This document shows positions 1 to 13,700 of a stretch of DNA of 64,000 nucleotides, piece after piece; position 1 is the stretch's first letter; the number at the start of each line of letters is the position of its first letter. The translations under genes were made by a program, and so were the position numbers. The DNA is taken from positions 105,402,001 through 105,466,000 of the forward strand of contig NC_045696.1 in the NCBI RefSeq assembly GCF_009834535.1, read 5' to 3'. The notes beneath the pieces were generated by a model. That model had not been told where the DNA came from. It saw only the letters and a program-made list of their open reading frames with translations, and did no database searches. The DNA is from Camelus ferus. Its lineage: Eukaryota.

Positions 1-3000
1 TTGTGTCAAAAACATGACTAATAATCTGGATCATTACACTTTCAGGTAAACAAATGTGAACACTCCCTCTATCCCAAATCTCATATCAAACTCACACAGA
101 GTAAATTTAACAAATGTAAAATTCGTAGAAGGTAATCATACGAAGTGCATAGCACACTGTGGTCAAGCAGTGCTTTTGCAATCAGTCAAAGCTTTTCCTC
201 TAAGTGTCAGGCAACCATGAGCTTCTTTCTTCTTGGAACACAACTCAGTGGTACACCAACTCAGTTTAGTCTCTTGATGATTGCTATGTGATTATGTGGT
301 CAAAACTCGCATTTTCATTCACTTCATGCAGAAATCCAGCTGAGAACTTTAACATTTCCTTTAATAGGGAAAGTAACTGACAGGCAACGAGGAATCAGTA
401 ATAGAGCATGAAGATTACCCCACTTAACATTCCTCAATGGTTCCCTAGAGCCTTCAGGATAAAATCCAGACTCCTTAACCTGGCAATCATGGGCTTTCAG
501 GATCTGAGTTTCATCTATCTCTCTAGTCCCATATCTCAATCCTCCCCCTGCTTATTCTCTGGCCCAAGTATGCTAACCTATTTTTCGTTCTCTGGAAAAA
601 TCAAACTCTCTGCTCCCTTCACTTAAAAAGTCCTGCATATCCCCTCTTGACATTTTTCTGGCTAGTTCCTAGTCACACCATAAAGATCCACTTAGTTGCA
701 TATATCCATTTGGAGTGTTATGAAGTAATTAATGTCAAATACACACCAAATATGGGAACAATCAATCCACTTTTAGTGAGACATCACTAAACTTTCAGTA
801 AAATAGTCTATACTCACCGCTTCCACTTCTTTATCATCCAATTATTTCTTAATCCCTTGCTAACCTGCTTCCCCTAGCAATACTCAACTGAAAAAAAAAT
901 TTTTTTAAGGCTACTAGTGTCCTCATAATCATTTAATTCATCAGCAATAGTTTTTTCCCCAAAATATCAAGCTTCCTTAAGTTCTCTAAAGCCATCCAGA
1001 TTGCTCATCACCCTACTACATTCTCCCTCCCTTTCCTTCTGTGACACACAGTTTTCCTAGCTGTCTTATTCTAATTGTTCCTTTTCTGTGTCATTTATTG
1101 GCTCCATTTCTTCCTCTAATTAAAGATATTCCTCTGGGTTCATTAGATTCAAAACATTAGCATTAGGATGTCTCCCAATCCTTTAACTCACAAAACAAAC
1201 TCAAATTGTTTGTATCCTATTGGTTTGAGCTTCTTAGTGAAATAGAAAGAAATCACAGTCCAGGAAAAAGAATATTTGTTTTGGAGATAAACTTGGGTTC
1301 AGATCTTAAGTCTGTTGTTCATTCTTGAGTAGTGTGGCATGGAGCATATTGCTTGACCCATTTGGGCTCAGTTTCCCATCTATACGTTGAAGAAAATAAT
1401 GACTATCTTTTACTATTACTATGTGAATTGCAGCATGCAAAGTGCATATTTCAGTGCTGGGTACAAAGTGGGCACGCAATGGAATCTACTCATTATTACT
1501 ATTGTTATCCAAACTTGTATAGTTTCTCACTGTTCCAATCCATTTCTTCATACACATCAACAAAAGGTAAATCTTATACAGTGCATAAACGAACACACTT
1601 TTTTTGGCTTAATTGTTCCCAATTGTTTGCTGAATCAAAGCCCAATTCCTCCCTATTTAGGTACATTTTCAGATTTTAGCCCCATCTTTCCTTTCCAGTC
1701 TTCTCCTTCACTGCCCTTCTAAATGAATACCATTATTCCAAGCACACTAGACTTTTTTGTGGTCAACTCAAGGCCCAGCTCAAATTCTGCTTCCTTTATG
1801 AAACTTGTTACCTCCCCAGCTGGACTTTTTATCCTCAGAGTATTTTATTGGTACCTCTTATAGATTGTAATCTCTTTGAAGGGAGAAACTGGTTCTTATT
1901 CATTCTACTCACTCACCACTTTGCTAAGTGATGAGGCATATATATTTTTAAAAATACCAACTAAACTTTTCCTCAAGGAATTATTTTCACTTCCTCAACT
2001 TTTGAAGCGGTGGGGAAGAATGGAAAGGGAAGAGTGTTTATACAGTACTGATAGAGGCACTGATGGCTGAACTCCCACTTGGAATTCTCCCAGCAGCAGC
2101 AAAACAGGCAGGGTTGAAAGAGTCATCCTAGAAACTGACCAGATAAGACTCTTAAGATCTGTTGATCAATTGCAATCAACCTCTTGGGAAATCCTGTACC
2201 AATATGCTAAGCTTGTCCATATTTCTTTTCTTCCCCAGAGCTGTTTTTCCAACTTCTAGTCTCCTCTAAACCAAAGAGTAAACAAAAGATTTTATTTTAA
2301 ACTCAGAGTTGAACACACTGGAATACACATATATATTTAATGTTATTTTATGTATTAGTTCATATTTGAGAATCTTACTTCTTTAAAATGAAATTTCTTT
2401 CAACCCAGATCCAAGACTAAATTTTTATAGGTATAATCTTCAGGCAGAAGCTAGTGTAGTCTTTGGATACAGTACAAATTCAGTATGTAATGGCTGAAAG
2501 AAGAAGTGAATTTATGGTGCATAACTGCAGAACTTAATGTTGGTTAACTGCTGTGGAAACAATGAGAAAATATACAGTCAAAGTGAGTGTGACATTTGAG
2601 GGCTCAGGCCCTCATCAATACCAACTAGGTAAATCCTTGGGTGCCTGATGGTGTGCACAGATTTAAGTATCCCCAGTTGAATTCTTTGAGAGCAAGAGGT
2701 ATCATTTTACTTTGTATTACTCGGTACTGCTGTCAAGTCTGAAGACACTCTCTCAAATGCAAAGGTATTCAGAAATCAGAAATACTGGAAGCTACACTAT
2801 TCAAGCAAATTAGGTATAGTTCATATTTGTGGAACTTTCAACTAATTCTTGTGTTCCTCAATCATTCCATCGAGTAAGTGAAGTATTCGATTATTAATCT
2901 CAATTTATGTATCATCAGATCACACTGCTGGCACTAAAATCCAGTTCCAGACTCACTCTTCTTTCTATTGTTGAATATCACGAAAACAGAATAGTAGAAA

Positions 3001-3151
3001 TGGAAGGATCTTTAAAAATTATCCAATCTAGTTTTTTTTCTTTTTTTTAAGATGAGGAAAACTGTCCTACAAAGAGGTTACACTGGTAACAAATTTCCTG
3101 CTAAAAGCCAAATTACCTGATGCAGAGTCCATATGTCTCCCTCTATCACTT

Positions 3152-3154
<3 letters not shown>

Positions 3155-3199
<45 letters not shown>
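3155..3199. repeat. (AC)n microsatellite, about 22 units
   Basis: Perfect AC run about 1.2 kb upstream of the COPB2 ATG. Confidence 0.97.
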
Positions 3200-3204
<5 letters not shown>

Positions 3205-3669
3205 CCTTTTAGATAATCTAGAGGTCTAAAAAACCCCCCAGGGCTACTCTCAGGCCTAACGTACACATTTATACGTTTATATGTAGCAAGAGGGCACGTG
3301 TTATTTGGCCCATGGTGTTTAAAAACTTTTCAAAAATAACTTTAAAAAGCGGGAATGTAGGAGGGTGGTGGTAGGCAAATGCTCTAGCGCTTTATTTTGC
3401 AACTACTGTGGCACAGATCCTTATTCTACAGTGTATCTTAATAAACTCTTGTGTGGTAGAAAAGAAAACAGGACTTTGAGGACGTATCTGTCTGATATCA
3501 AATCCTGACTCTACCACAAACTGCAGCTTTGGCCGGGACGCTTAGCTTCCTTGAGCCTTAGTTCCCTCAACAGTAAAATGGAGATAATTCCGATTTGATG
3601 TGAAGGTTTGAGAGGAAAGTGTCTGGCACACAGCCAAAGATCGATAACCAGTTACAAATGAATGAACAA

Positions 3670-4730
3670 CGCAGTCGATGCTCAAAGGTGATCATGCACG
3701 GTTGATACTCCCATCTTCTGGAGAGCTCCAGAGCTGAAGGCTCTTCGCTGCCTTCCGACGTCAAAGGCCTAAAGTCAGCCCGGAATCCGGCCCACATCTT
3801 CCCAGCTCAATCAGTGCCCCGTGCAGGGCCTGCAGGGAACTCTCTGGGCCTAGCTCCCAGGTAGTACACTGGGCTTTGAGCCTCGCTCGGCCTTCCTTCC
3901 TCTCTCCCTCCCCGTCCTCCGAGCCTGAGTAAGAGGAGGCGGGACAGCGCTTCTCGACCCCTGCGACACAATTCCACCATGGGGTAAGCTTCCCCAGCCG
4001 TTATTACTCGGATGAAGCATCTTCCTTTTTCTCATCCTTTTTATCTCCTGCTTTTCTGATTCTCGTCCCCGTTCAGCAGCCCCAAGACACAGCGCTGAGC
4101 AGCGAAGGCCACACCCCGCCACGCCAGGTCGGATCAGGGCAGTTTGGAGGCCACGTTGCCTAGGAAATTGGGGCGGGGCTTGGGAAACGTCAGCCCTGAG
4201 CCGGGTTTGCGCAGGCGCTCCACTGGCTCCTGCGCTCCACTATCGCGAGAACTCCTCCCGGAAGTTCCACGTCAGTCGGTTGGCCGGTCAGCGGGTCGGA
4301 GGGTTGCTCCGGGACTGGTTCGCCGTTAGCAAGTGAGGGCGCCCGGGCTCGGACCGACGGAGCCATGGTATGTGCAAACCCTGCAGGTGGGAGCGGGGCC
4401 CCTGCGGCCAAAGCCAGTTCGTGGGGCTCCTGGCCTGGGGACCGCAGTAAGCGGCGGCCTGGGCTCCCGCTGCGGCCGCCGCCTCAGGCCTTGCGGGGTC
4501 CTGGTCAGTTTGAATTCTGGGAGAGAGGAAGCAGTGGTTTGGGGAGGCAGTGCCTGAAAATGAGGGGTCCCTGACTCCTCCGGTGCTTACGGCGTTTGCC
4601 AGACCTCCAGCGGTCTGCAGCGGAGTCCGCGGTGTGGGGAAACACAGGACACGGAAAACGTTGAATTCCGTAGATGGCTTTGACAAAACTACCTCATTTT
4701 GCGCTTAAAACGATGACAGCTGATTTTGCG
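3670..4730 (+). promoter_or_regulatory. COPB2 CpG-island promoter
   Basis: High GC and CpG density around exon 1. GC box GGGGCGGGGC 4170-4179, NRF1-like TGCGCAGGCGC 4208-4218, TATCGCGAGA 4241-4250, ETS CCGGAAGT 4258-4265, CCACGTCA 4267-4274. Island edges are approximate. Confidence 0.88.
4365..4367 (+). CDS. COPB2: COPB2 exon 1 coding part (ATG only)
   Basis: GAGCCATG|GTATGT inside the CpG island; joins in frame to CCTCTGCGA (PLR) of exon 2. Confidence 0.92.
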
Positions 4731-7700
4731 CTCATGTTGAGCTTGTTCTGGTATAGTATGTGCTGACCACAGACTACCAACTTAAGCAGAAGAGCACCCC
4801 CCCCCAAAGTAAAAAGTGTATGAAGTTAAAAGTGGAATTTCAAATGCTTTAGGATTTCAGCTTAAGTTTCTAGGGAGAAAAGAGTTCGGGAGTTTATAAA
4901 ACGTTTTGGCTTGCTTTTCTACATTTGCAAATATAGTGGCTGGTAAGAATGATAGTCGTGACAGCATTTTTTTAAAGTCACTTCCCAAATATGCTTTAAA
5001 ATATTTTTGCACAGAAGTGTTACAATAAGAAGAAAAAGGATACGATAGTGTGAGAATTCCTTTCCAAAAACATGCAAGAAAGTGTTTTATATTTAAACAT
5101 TTTCCTGCTTGTGTTTTTCACTTGTTATGAAGCACAGGTTCAAAGATTTTGAGCTTGAAGACCTTAGGGATTAAGAAGTTCAATCTCCTCACCTGTGATT
5201 AAAGAGAAAAAAACTTTGTTCATTTAAGGTTAATTGTTGCAGAGTTTTAACTACAACAAAGATCGATTGCCTGGGGAAAATGTTGAATGTTATGGATACT
5301 TCCAGAAAAATGCATAAAGAAACATGCAGTGTTGCATACAATTTTGGTGGATTCATTTACAGACACCCCCTCTTCTCCCAGTCCTCATCCATGAGCTTTC
5401 TTGGGTCCCCAGGTTAAGAGTCCCTGAACAATACTCAAGTCTCTTAATTATACCCCATGATATTTACGACGACCTGCTCTGGGGTCTGCTTTCAGCAATG
5501 GACATTTTTGGAAATGGTCCTTGAATCTGCCTAATACAGTTTTCTTTTGCAGTCTTTACTTTTAAGAGTGTATTTTTATAATGGAGTATTTTCTTCATTC
5601 TTTAACACATTAAAATGTCCTGTAGAAGATATAAAATGTGAATTTATTATTCACTCATTTACTCTAGAGTGTTTACCATGTGCTATGAACTTTGCTGAAT
5701 ATTTGCCTCTGAATTCTCCCAACAGCATGGAGAGTGAGTTGTAAATGTTTATGAAGTAGTGAGGTTACAGTAGGCCAGGCACTGTACTAACCGCTTACCA
5801 CTGAATTTAATTCTCATTACAGTAAGCGGTAGATAAAACAGTGTTATCCCTCTTTTACATACATCAAACCTGAGAGAAGTAAACCTACCCACTATTGTGC
5901 ATTTGAAATGAGTGGTGGAACTGAAGTTTGAATCCAGCATGATTCTTTAGACCTGGGTTATACTGTCTGTCCTTAAACCCCCATAGCCAAATATATAAGA
6001 TGCTGTGGAGATAAACACGTGAATAAGCAGTGACCCTCCCCTTGAGAGGTATCTACTTTAGAAAGCCAAAAGAGACAGGTACACAAAGGTTACAGGTTAA
6101 AATTAAAGGTTAAAATTAAATCCTGGAGGATCCCATAGGAAAGGATACTTCTTGTAGGGTAATCCAAAAGATTGTATTGCTGGCAGTGGCATTTAAAAAG
6201 CTGAGTCGTAACTGCATCCAGCTTTTGGGAGATAGAAGGAGACATTTAGAGTTAAGGGTACAGTATGAGTATCTTACTCATCTTGGCATTCCATAGTGCC
6301 TAGTAGAATATCTCACTCAAAGTAGTCCCTTAAATCTTGGGAGAAATGACCTCTTGGCTGTGCTTTTTAAACTGAGATTGTGCATTGGGGGTGTATAGAG
6401 TTATATTGGGGTTTGCTCAGTCCCTTGGGCCACCTTCCTGAAGCATCACTTTTACCCAGTAATAAGTGATTTAAAACATATTTAATAGTAAAATAAACAC
6501 AGTTTATAAGTGTCCGGTTTCTTCATTTACTAGAGGAAAAGTGTGAGGTGTGTTAGCTTATGTTAAAGCCCCCATCGTGGTTCCTGGCATATAATATACA
6601 TGCCATGTTTGTTGACTCTGAAGAGACCAGAAAATAAAAAAGAAAGTTAACATTTGTGATGACAATTAATGGAGCAAAATTCAGAAATGGATGAAGTAAA
6701 TATTCTGCTTCAGCAAGGAATGTGAAGATGATGGGTTGAAAGTAGAAAGTTTGAGTTGGAGAGGAAGATACGTGGTGATTATAGAGAAAAGCCAGAGAAC
6801 TCTGGGCTTTTACAGGAAAGCAAGAGGTGTAGGTTGTTGCCAGAAGTGAGGGAGGCACTTACAGAAGTAAGAATGAGATTCCAAGTAGTCAGTGACCCAA
6901 ATTTGATAGAGATCCAAAATGGTGAATAAAAGCTTTGTGAGGTGTTTGCTTTGTCTCAGGAAATTATCTCTGCTGAAGTTACCTAGCAGTCTTCATTTGT
7001 GTTGAAAAGTAGCATTAAATTTCTGTCCCATTCATGATCATCGTGGAAGACTGCAAGAATAAAAATTTGACCATAACTCAACTTGCCAAATAAACTTTTA
7101 GGTTGTGTTTAAAACCTGCTGAAGGGGAAACATTTTAAATCAAGTCTTGCTCAGATCAGCTTCCAAGAGAAAATTAAGATGCCCTAAGCCATCATCGTAT
7201 ATAATGAATTAATTTTTCTCCTAGAAAGGTATCCTTGGGAGAATTGAGAAAATAATTGTTCAGATCATTTTGTTTTGTGGTTTAGAATCCAGGTTGAAAA
7301 AGGCTGTCTTAAACTATTAGTATTTTCTAACTTAAGATGAGTATTTTAGCTTTGGTTTAAAATTGTTTTAATTTCCATTTGGTTCCTGTATCTTAAATCC
7401 ATTAAGATATTGTAAATATTCCCATTTGACTCCAGAGCCCTTCATGGACAGGGGTATGCCCATATTGATCTCATATTAACGTTACCTAGCATTTACTAAT
7501 ATTATTGCCAGAATAAATCTACTTCTCTTTGAAGAACTCAATTTTTTCCATAATTGAGATATAATTGACTATGACATATTAGTTCAAGGTGTGCAGTTCG
7601 ATATTTGTATACATTGTGAAACTATCACCTCAGTAAGTCTAGTTAACATCTGTCACCTTATATAGTAACAAAAATGTCTTTTTTCTTGTAATGAGAACTT

Positions 7701-10700
7701 TTAAGATCTGTTCTTTTAACAGCTTTCAGATATGCAACACTGTATTACTAACTGCAGTCACTGTGCTGTACATGACATCCCCATGACTTGTTTATTTTAT
7801 AACTGGAAGTTTGTACCTTTTGACCTCCTTCACCCATTTTGCCCCCTTCCACATTCCGCCTCTGGCAACCACCAATCTTCTCCGTATCTTTGAGCCAGGT
7901 GTTTTTTTTTTCATGTACATCAATCAAAACAGTACATCACAACATATTGAAGGCTGAAACAGATATGAGAAACCAAATGTTTCCTACTAAGTCAGAATTT
8001 AAAGAATTTTACAAAAATGTGAAACATTGCCACTGTTCTCATTAAATTTCTTTTGAAAATATAGTTTTCATAAAAATATCTTATTTAAGTTAACTAATAG
8101 GTTTGTTTATTTGAAAATGAATTGAGACATGAATTTTTTAAGTTGTCTCAGTTTTAACTTTTAACATGGTAAATGTTAATAGATGTAACCTACATAAACA
8201 GAATCCTCAAAATTTTTAAGGCTGTAAAGGTGTCCTAAGACCAAAAAGTTTGACAATTGCTGCTATAAATTTAAAAATTTTAAATACTTGTATTTTTTGT
8301 ATATATGAGTAAGTAGGTACTTCAGACTTTATACTGCATCTACAATTTAGCAAAATAAAAACTGAATTGTTTTATAATCATGCTTTTAAAAAAATATTTT
8401 ACATATATTATCTCATTGAATCACACTTTCTGGTTAAAAGGCCTTTCATTACCCGTATCTACTCTCCTGCCCCAGTTCCCTGTTAAGTACATTCTTTTTT
8501 TTTTTCTATTTTGTAATCATGTTAATGCACTGTTTTTAGTTAAGATCTCAATCAGGTTTTATTTAGCATAGCAATTTATTTATTTATTTTTTTGAATGTT
8601 TGTCCTTAGCCTCTGCGACTCGATATCAAGAGAAAGCTAACTGCTCGATCTGATCGAGTAAAGAGTGTGGATTTGCATCCTACAGAGCCATGGATGTTGG
8701 CAAGTCTTTACAATGGCAGTGTGTGCGTTTGGAATCATGAAACACAGGTAGGAATTTTTAAGGACTTTACTAGATGTACTGTGTTAGACTATAATGAAAG
8801 AGAAGGAATATCATAACAGAATCCAGTAGTATATGCAGGCTGCTTTCTCAAATAAATTGGTACAAAGTGTTTGTAATAAACTAATATTTATGAGGATAGA
8901 GCTTGTGGGAGAAATTGTTCTGGAAACATTATTTCCGATATTTAAATGTTAAGTTCTGATGTAGATAGTATTAGCTCATCTTTGAAATTAAGGAAACTGA
9001 CACCAATATAAGATCGCTTGCTCTAGATAAAGTATTTAACAGTACTGAATTTTCCATTCAGTGAGTATTCTAACAATAAGAATGGGGTTTTTACTTTTAT
9101 TAATTTTTTCCTAAGTGCTCGATATAATGTATGATGCAGATAACTTTCAGTCAGCCACACAAATCATAGCTTATAGCAGAGAAGTATTTGTAGTCGGCTT
9201 CTCATTACATGTGAGAACATGCATTTTACAGATTATCTACCTTAAATACTTTCATCTGAGTAAATAATATATCTTTCAATTTAGTTTATCTCATATTTTC
9301 CAAACTTATTGGCCAGCTTTAATCTTTCTCTTTCGAAGTACAGAACATATAGTCAGCACTGTACTATACGGTTTGTATCTATTTATACAGTAATTATCCT
9401 CAACATCCAAGATTAAGTTCTTAAAAGCCAGATAAAATTCACATTTGAGGGATTTAAGATGGCCAAAATAGGCCTTAGGGAACCAAGGTCAGGAGTAAAC
9501 CTAAAAAACACCCTTGCAGCTTATATCATGCTAATGAAACAGTAATGACTGCACACTCAACCAAGACTCCACATGTGACATTTTACACACATTAAAATCC
9601 TGTTCTCTGCTGTATCCCAGTGCCTGTGACATTACCTGACACACAGGAAGTGCTCAATATTTATGTGTTGAACTAATGAATAATAAACATTCCATGCACC
9701 ACTAAATCACTGTTTCAGAATTTATGTCCTCTGCAATTTCACATCTTTATCTTGTGAATTCCTTTTGCCTTGATGCAGGGAGTGTGCTTGCTAACTGCTT
9801 GTCTTTTGGAGGGTGAGGGCAGGGGTTGGGGAACCTACTCTACAAATGTTTAATGCGTTTCTGATTTTATGCTTAACAGATGTATTGGTGCCTCCCCCAC
9901 CCCCACCATGCTTCCTAATGCTTCCTGGGGGTCCCCTCTGTCCATTTAGCCATGTCTCAGCTCTGTCATTTCACTATAGTGTGTTCTCGAGCCCAGGTGT
10001 ATTTCCCTTATCTTTCTCTAGGCTTTACTGTAACAAACTCTGCTTTATCTGGGTCACCTACTTTGCTTCATTTTTCTTTCTGTGCCCTTCTGTCCCTTCC
10101 TGCAGGGCTGTCTACTTCTCCTTCTATAATTTATCTCATTGGTAATTTTTCCCTTATTTCATTCTAGAATGGAGGTTCTGTGAAGATTAGGATTATGCTA
10201 GTCTTAATTCCCATTGTTAGGCAGTCAGGCTGATAGTAGATAGTAAGTCTTTGTTGAATAGTTGATCTGTTTTTTTTCTTCTCCTTGCTTTCTTTCCTCT
10301 GTCACCAACATGAGTTACTTGCCAGTCATGTATGTATATAGAGAGCAAAATTCTTCAAAGAGCCAAAATGGTTTTTGGAAGTAAACTCAAATGTACTTGA
10401 TTTCAAATAAGAAGATATTATATGCTTTTGGCAGGGGGTGCAGTGTTTTAAAAAAAATCATTATGTTAGAATTTGAAGCCATCCTGCTAATTAAATGATG
10501 TGGGCAAGCCTTTAACTGTGGTGAGACTCAATTTACTTACCCAAATGAAAATGATATGGTGCCTTCCCTACATCGCAGGATTGTCAGGAGGATTCAGTCA
10601 AGTTAGATAAAATTGTGTTCGAGACCTATAAGGTACCACACGAGCATTTCCCTGTTTTCCTACCTTAGTTGGTGGTTTGTTTGTTGAGTGTGTAGCATTT

Positions 10701-13700
10701 CCTCCTCTTTTAGCTCATTTATCTCCTGAAGTGCGGAGACCATCCCTTAGGTCATTGGTATCAGCCGCAGCACTTAATGTGGACTTGAACCATGACTTTT
10801 AGTTCTGTAGCTGCTTTATTTTTTCACTGCTCAGCAAATCCATGAATTTGTTGGCTCCTTACAAGGTTTTGTGGATTTGTCTGTTATCTTATAGGTTGCA
10901 TGCTCTGTCTGTTCTCTTTGTCTGAGTCACAGTCAACTGGTAGTGGTTGTACAGGTGGGAGCTGATGTCCCCACTTATTCAGTCTTTGAAGACTCTTTGA
11001 AGTCTTGCTCGGGAAGCTGGAGTTGTTTCAACAGTTATGATCAGTCCCTGTTTTTCTTTTTTTTTTTTTTTCCTGTTTTTCAGTGTAGTGCACATGGTTA
11101 ATCAGTAAGACTATGCTATTTTCATTATTCTCTGGTACAGAAAGAGATTGAAGAATGATAGTTTTAGTTCAGAATTTTGAAGAACAAGGCAGCAAAATGG
11201 GAGGACAAAGATGCATTCATCCCTGCTCTTTCTAGCCAGGGTCTCCTAGTTTTCCACCTTTATCCTTTGTGTATAGTTCCATTCTGAGTAGCTTTAGAGA
11301 CATCTAAATCACTGCGTTCTCATACTTTACTAAAAAGAAATAACATTTGTATGGAAGCATATTGCTAAAATGTACAAAAGAATTGTTTCTTGTTTATAAG
11401 TTTTAAGTTTATTATGAGTTTAATTTTTTTAAAAAGGAAAACTGAGAGCTAATTCATTTAACAAATACTTATTGCACATTGATTGTTTTCCAGCCACTGT
11501 TCTAGGCTCTTAGGAATACAGTGGTGAATGAGATTTCTGCCCTCAGGCTGCGTAGCAGGCAAGATTGACATTAAACATGTAGTTATGAAGGTGCTGTGTT
11601 ATGAAAGTGGAGGATGAGGTTCTGTGGGTGGGTTTTCAGGCAGAGGGAACAGGAGCAAAGGTAAAGCTGGGAGTAGCCAAAGATGAGGCTAGAGAAGGAG
11701 GGAAGGGCTTGGAGCACAGAGGACCTGGGACTCCATCTTGTGGGCGTTTGCTTACTTTTATCTTTTATAGGATTTTAGTATTGAATCTGTTAAAGAAAAG
11801 ATGATGGTCTTATTTTTTTTTTCATTTGACTGTTGTGCTTTTATATTTTAGCCTGAGAATATTTTAAAATTAGAAGTGATCTAAATAATTGGATGTTTTA
11901 ATCGTAACAGAATAGATTCTTTGCTTGTTTTCTCATAACTCAAAGTGTATATTCTTGTTAAATTTTAAAGACACTGGTGAAAACTTTTGAAGTGTGTGAT
12001 CTTCCTGTTCGAGCTGCAAAGTTTGTTGCGAGGAAGAATTGGGTTGTGACAGGAGCGGTAAGTGATTAATCCCATGAATTTCTACTCCCATTTCTGAATT
12101 GGTCAGTGATGACTTAAACAAGGTGCAGACTTTCAATGCTTGGCTTGTCTTGTTAGCGCCATGTTTGGAAGCCTGGGCGTTGTAGCTTGAGCCTGTAGTA
12201 TACATTTTTGTGCAGTTTATTTCATAACACTAATGATGGCTTTTTAATTTGCGTTTCTAGGATGACATGCACATTAGAGTGTTCAACTACAACACTCTGG
12301 AGAGAGTTCACATGTTTGAGGCACATTCAGACTACATTCGCTGTATCGCTGTTCATCCGACTCAGCCTTTCATTCTGACTAGCAGCGGTAAGAGGTGACC
12401 CCCTTTGGTCACGTGCATCCCTCTGAGTAATTCATTTTCATTTGGTGAGACATGCAGTTCTGCTGCTGCTGTTACAAGTAGAGCTCTAATTCCAAGCAGC
12501 CTTTAAACTATTTAAATCCATTAATGTGCTATCAATGCTGCTTGCTTTTGTATTTTAATGAATACCAGCCCTGCTTAAGATTTGTATAGCAACTGCTCCA
12601 TTTCTGTCAGTGAAGACCTGAAGGTCTGGGTGCTGAAACAGCCGTGGAGCAGACGGCTAATTTACACTCTGAGTGAGTGAGGTTTTGGCAGATTGCCATG
12701 TACCCTAGTCGGTTTTATCTTTATGTTCAGACCAGTTTGCTCCTTGGTGTTATGTATAAAACAGTAGGTCTTTTGGAGGGCAATTAAAACAAGTTGCGGT
12801 GAATTGGTAATAGCTCTTTGAAACATTTTTAAGTTAGAAATTGAGAAGTAATTCAGAATTTTTTTTAACCAATCTTGTGTTAAAATAGAAATGCTTACTC
12901 CTTATTGCCCTTGTTATTCAGTCATGCTTAGACTCTGATCAAACTTTTGTTACTCTTTTGTCGTTCCACAAAGCCCATTGAGTCTGTCTTAATTTTCTTT
13001 CATGAAATTTGTATATTTGCTGTTAGTAATCTCTTTTATCTCCACTCTTTAGAGTTAAATTTATTCTTAGAATAAATGAGGATTTTGAAAAATCTATTCA
13101 GTTCTGACTCTATTTCTGTAAGTCATGAAATGTATGATTTATGTCAGATTTGCTGCCTTAAAAGACATAAAGACTCTTAGTTCTGAATGAAAGAGACAGA
13201 AACTGCAACTAACTGGAGACTTTCTTTTGGTCTAGATGACATGCTTATTAAACTCTGGGACTGGGATAAAAAATGGTCTTGCTCACAAGTGTTTGAAGGG
13301 CACACTCATTATGTTATGCAGATTGTGATCAACCCCAAAGATAACAATCAGTTTGCCAGCGCTTCTTTGGACAGGACTATCAAGGTAGGGTGTCCATTCT
13401 TTGTGTCAGTTACAATTGTTGGTGAAATGTAGTTGTTCTAGATATTTTACTGCTAACATAGTCTGTTTAGAAAAATAGTGTGGTAACTCGGTGCTCTTAA
13501 TGAACATGTTTTTCCACGTGGAAGCAATGTGTTAGTTGTAAGACTTTTAAACCTCACAAACCCAGAATAAAAAAATATATCTTCTCTAGGTTACTATTTC
13601 CTCTCCTTTAGTGTATCTGTTGTTGCCCTCTGCTGATTATTATTAATCTATTTTATATTTAAATTTAATCATTCTCTGTTCTCTTTTTCTGACTCCATTT

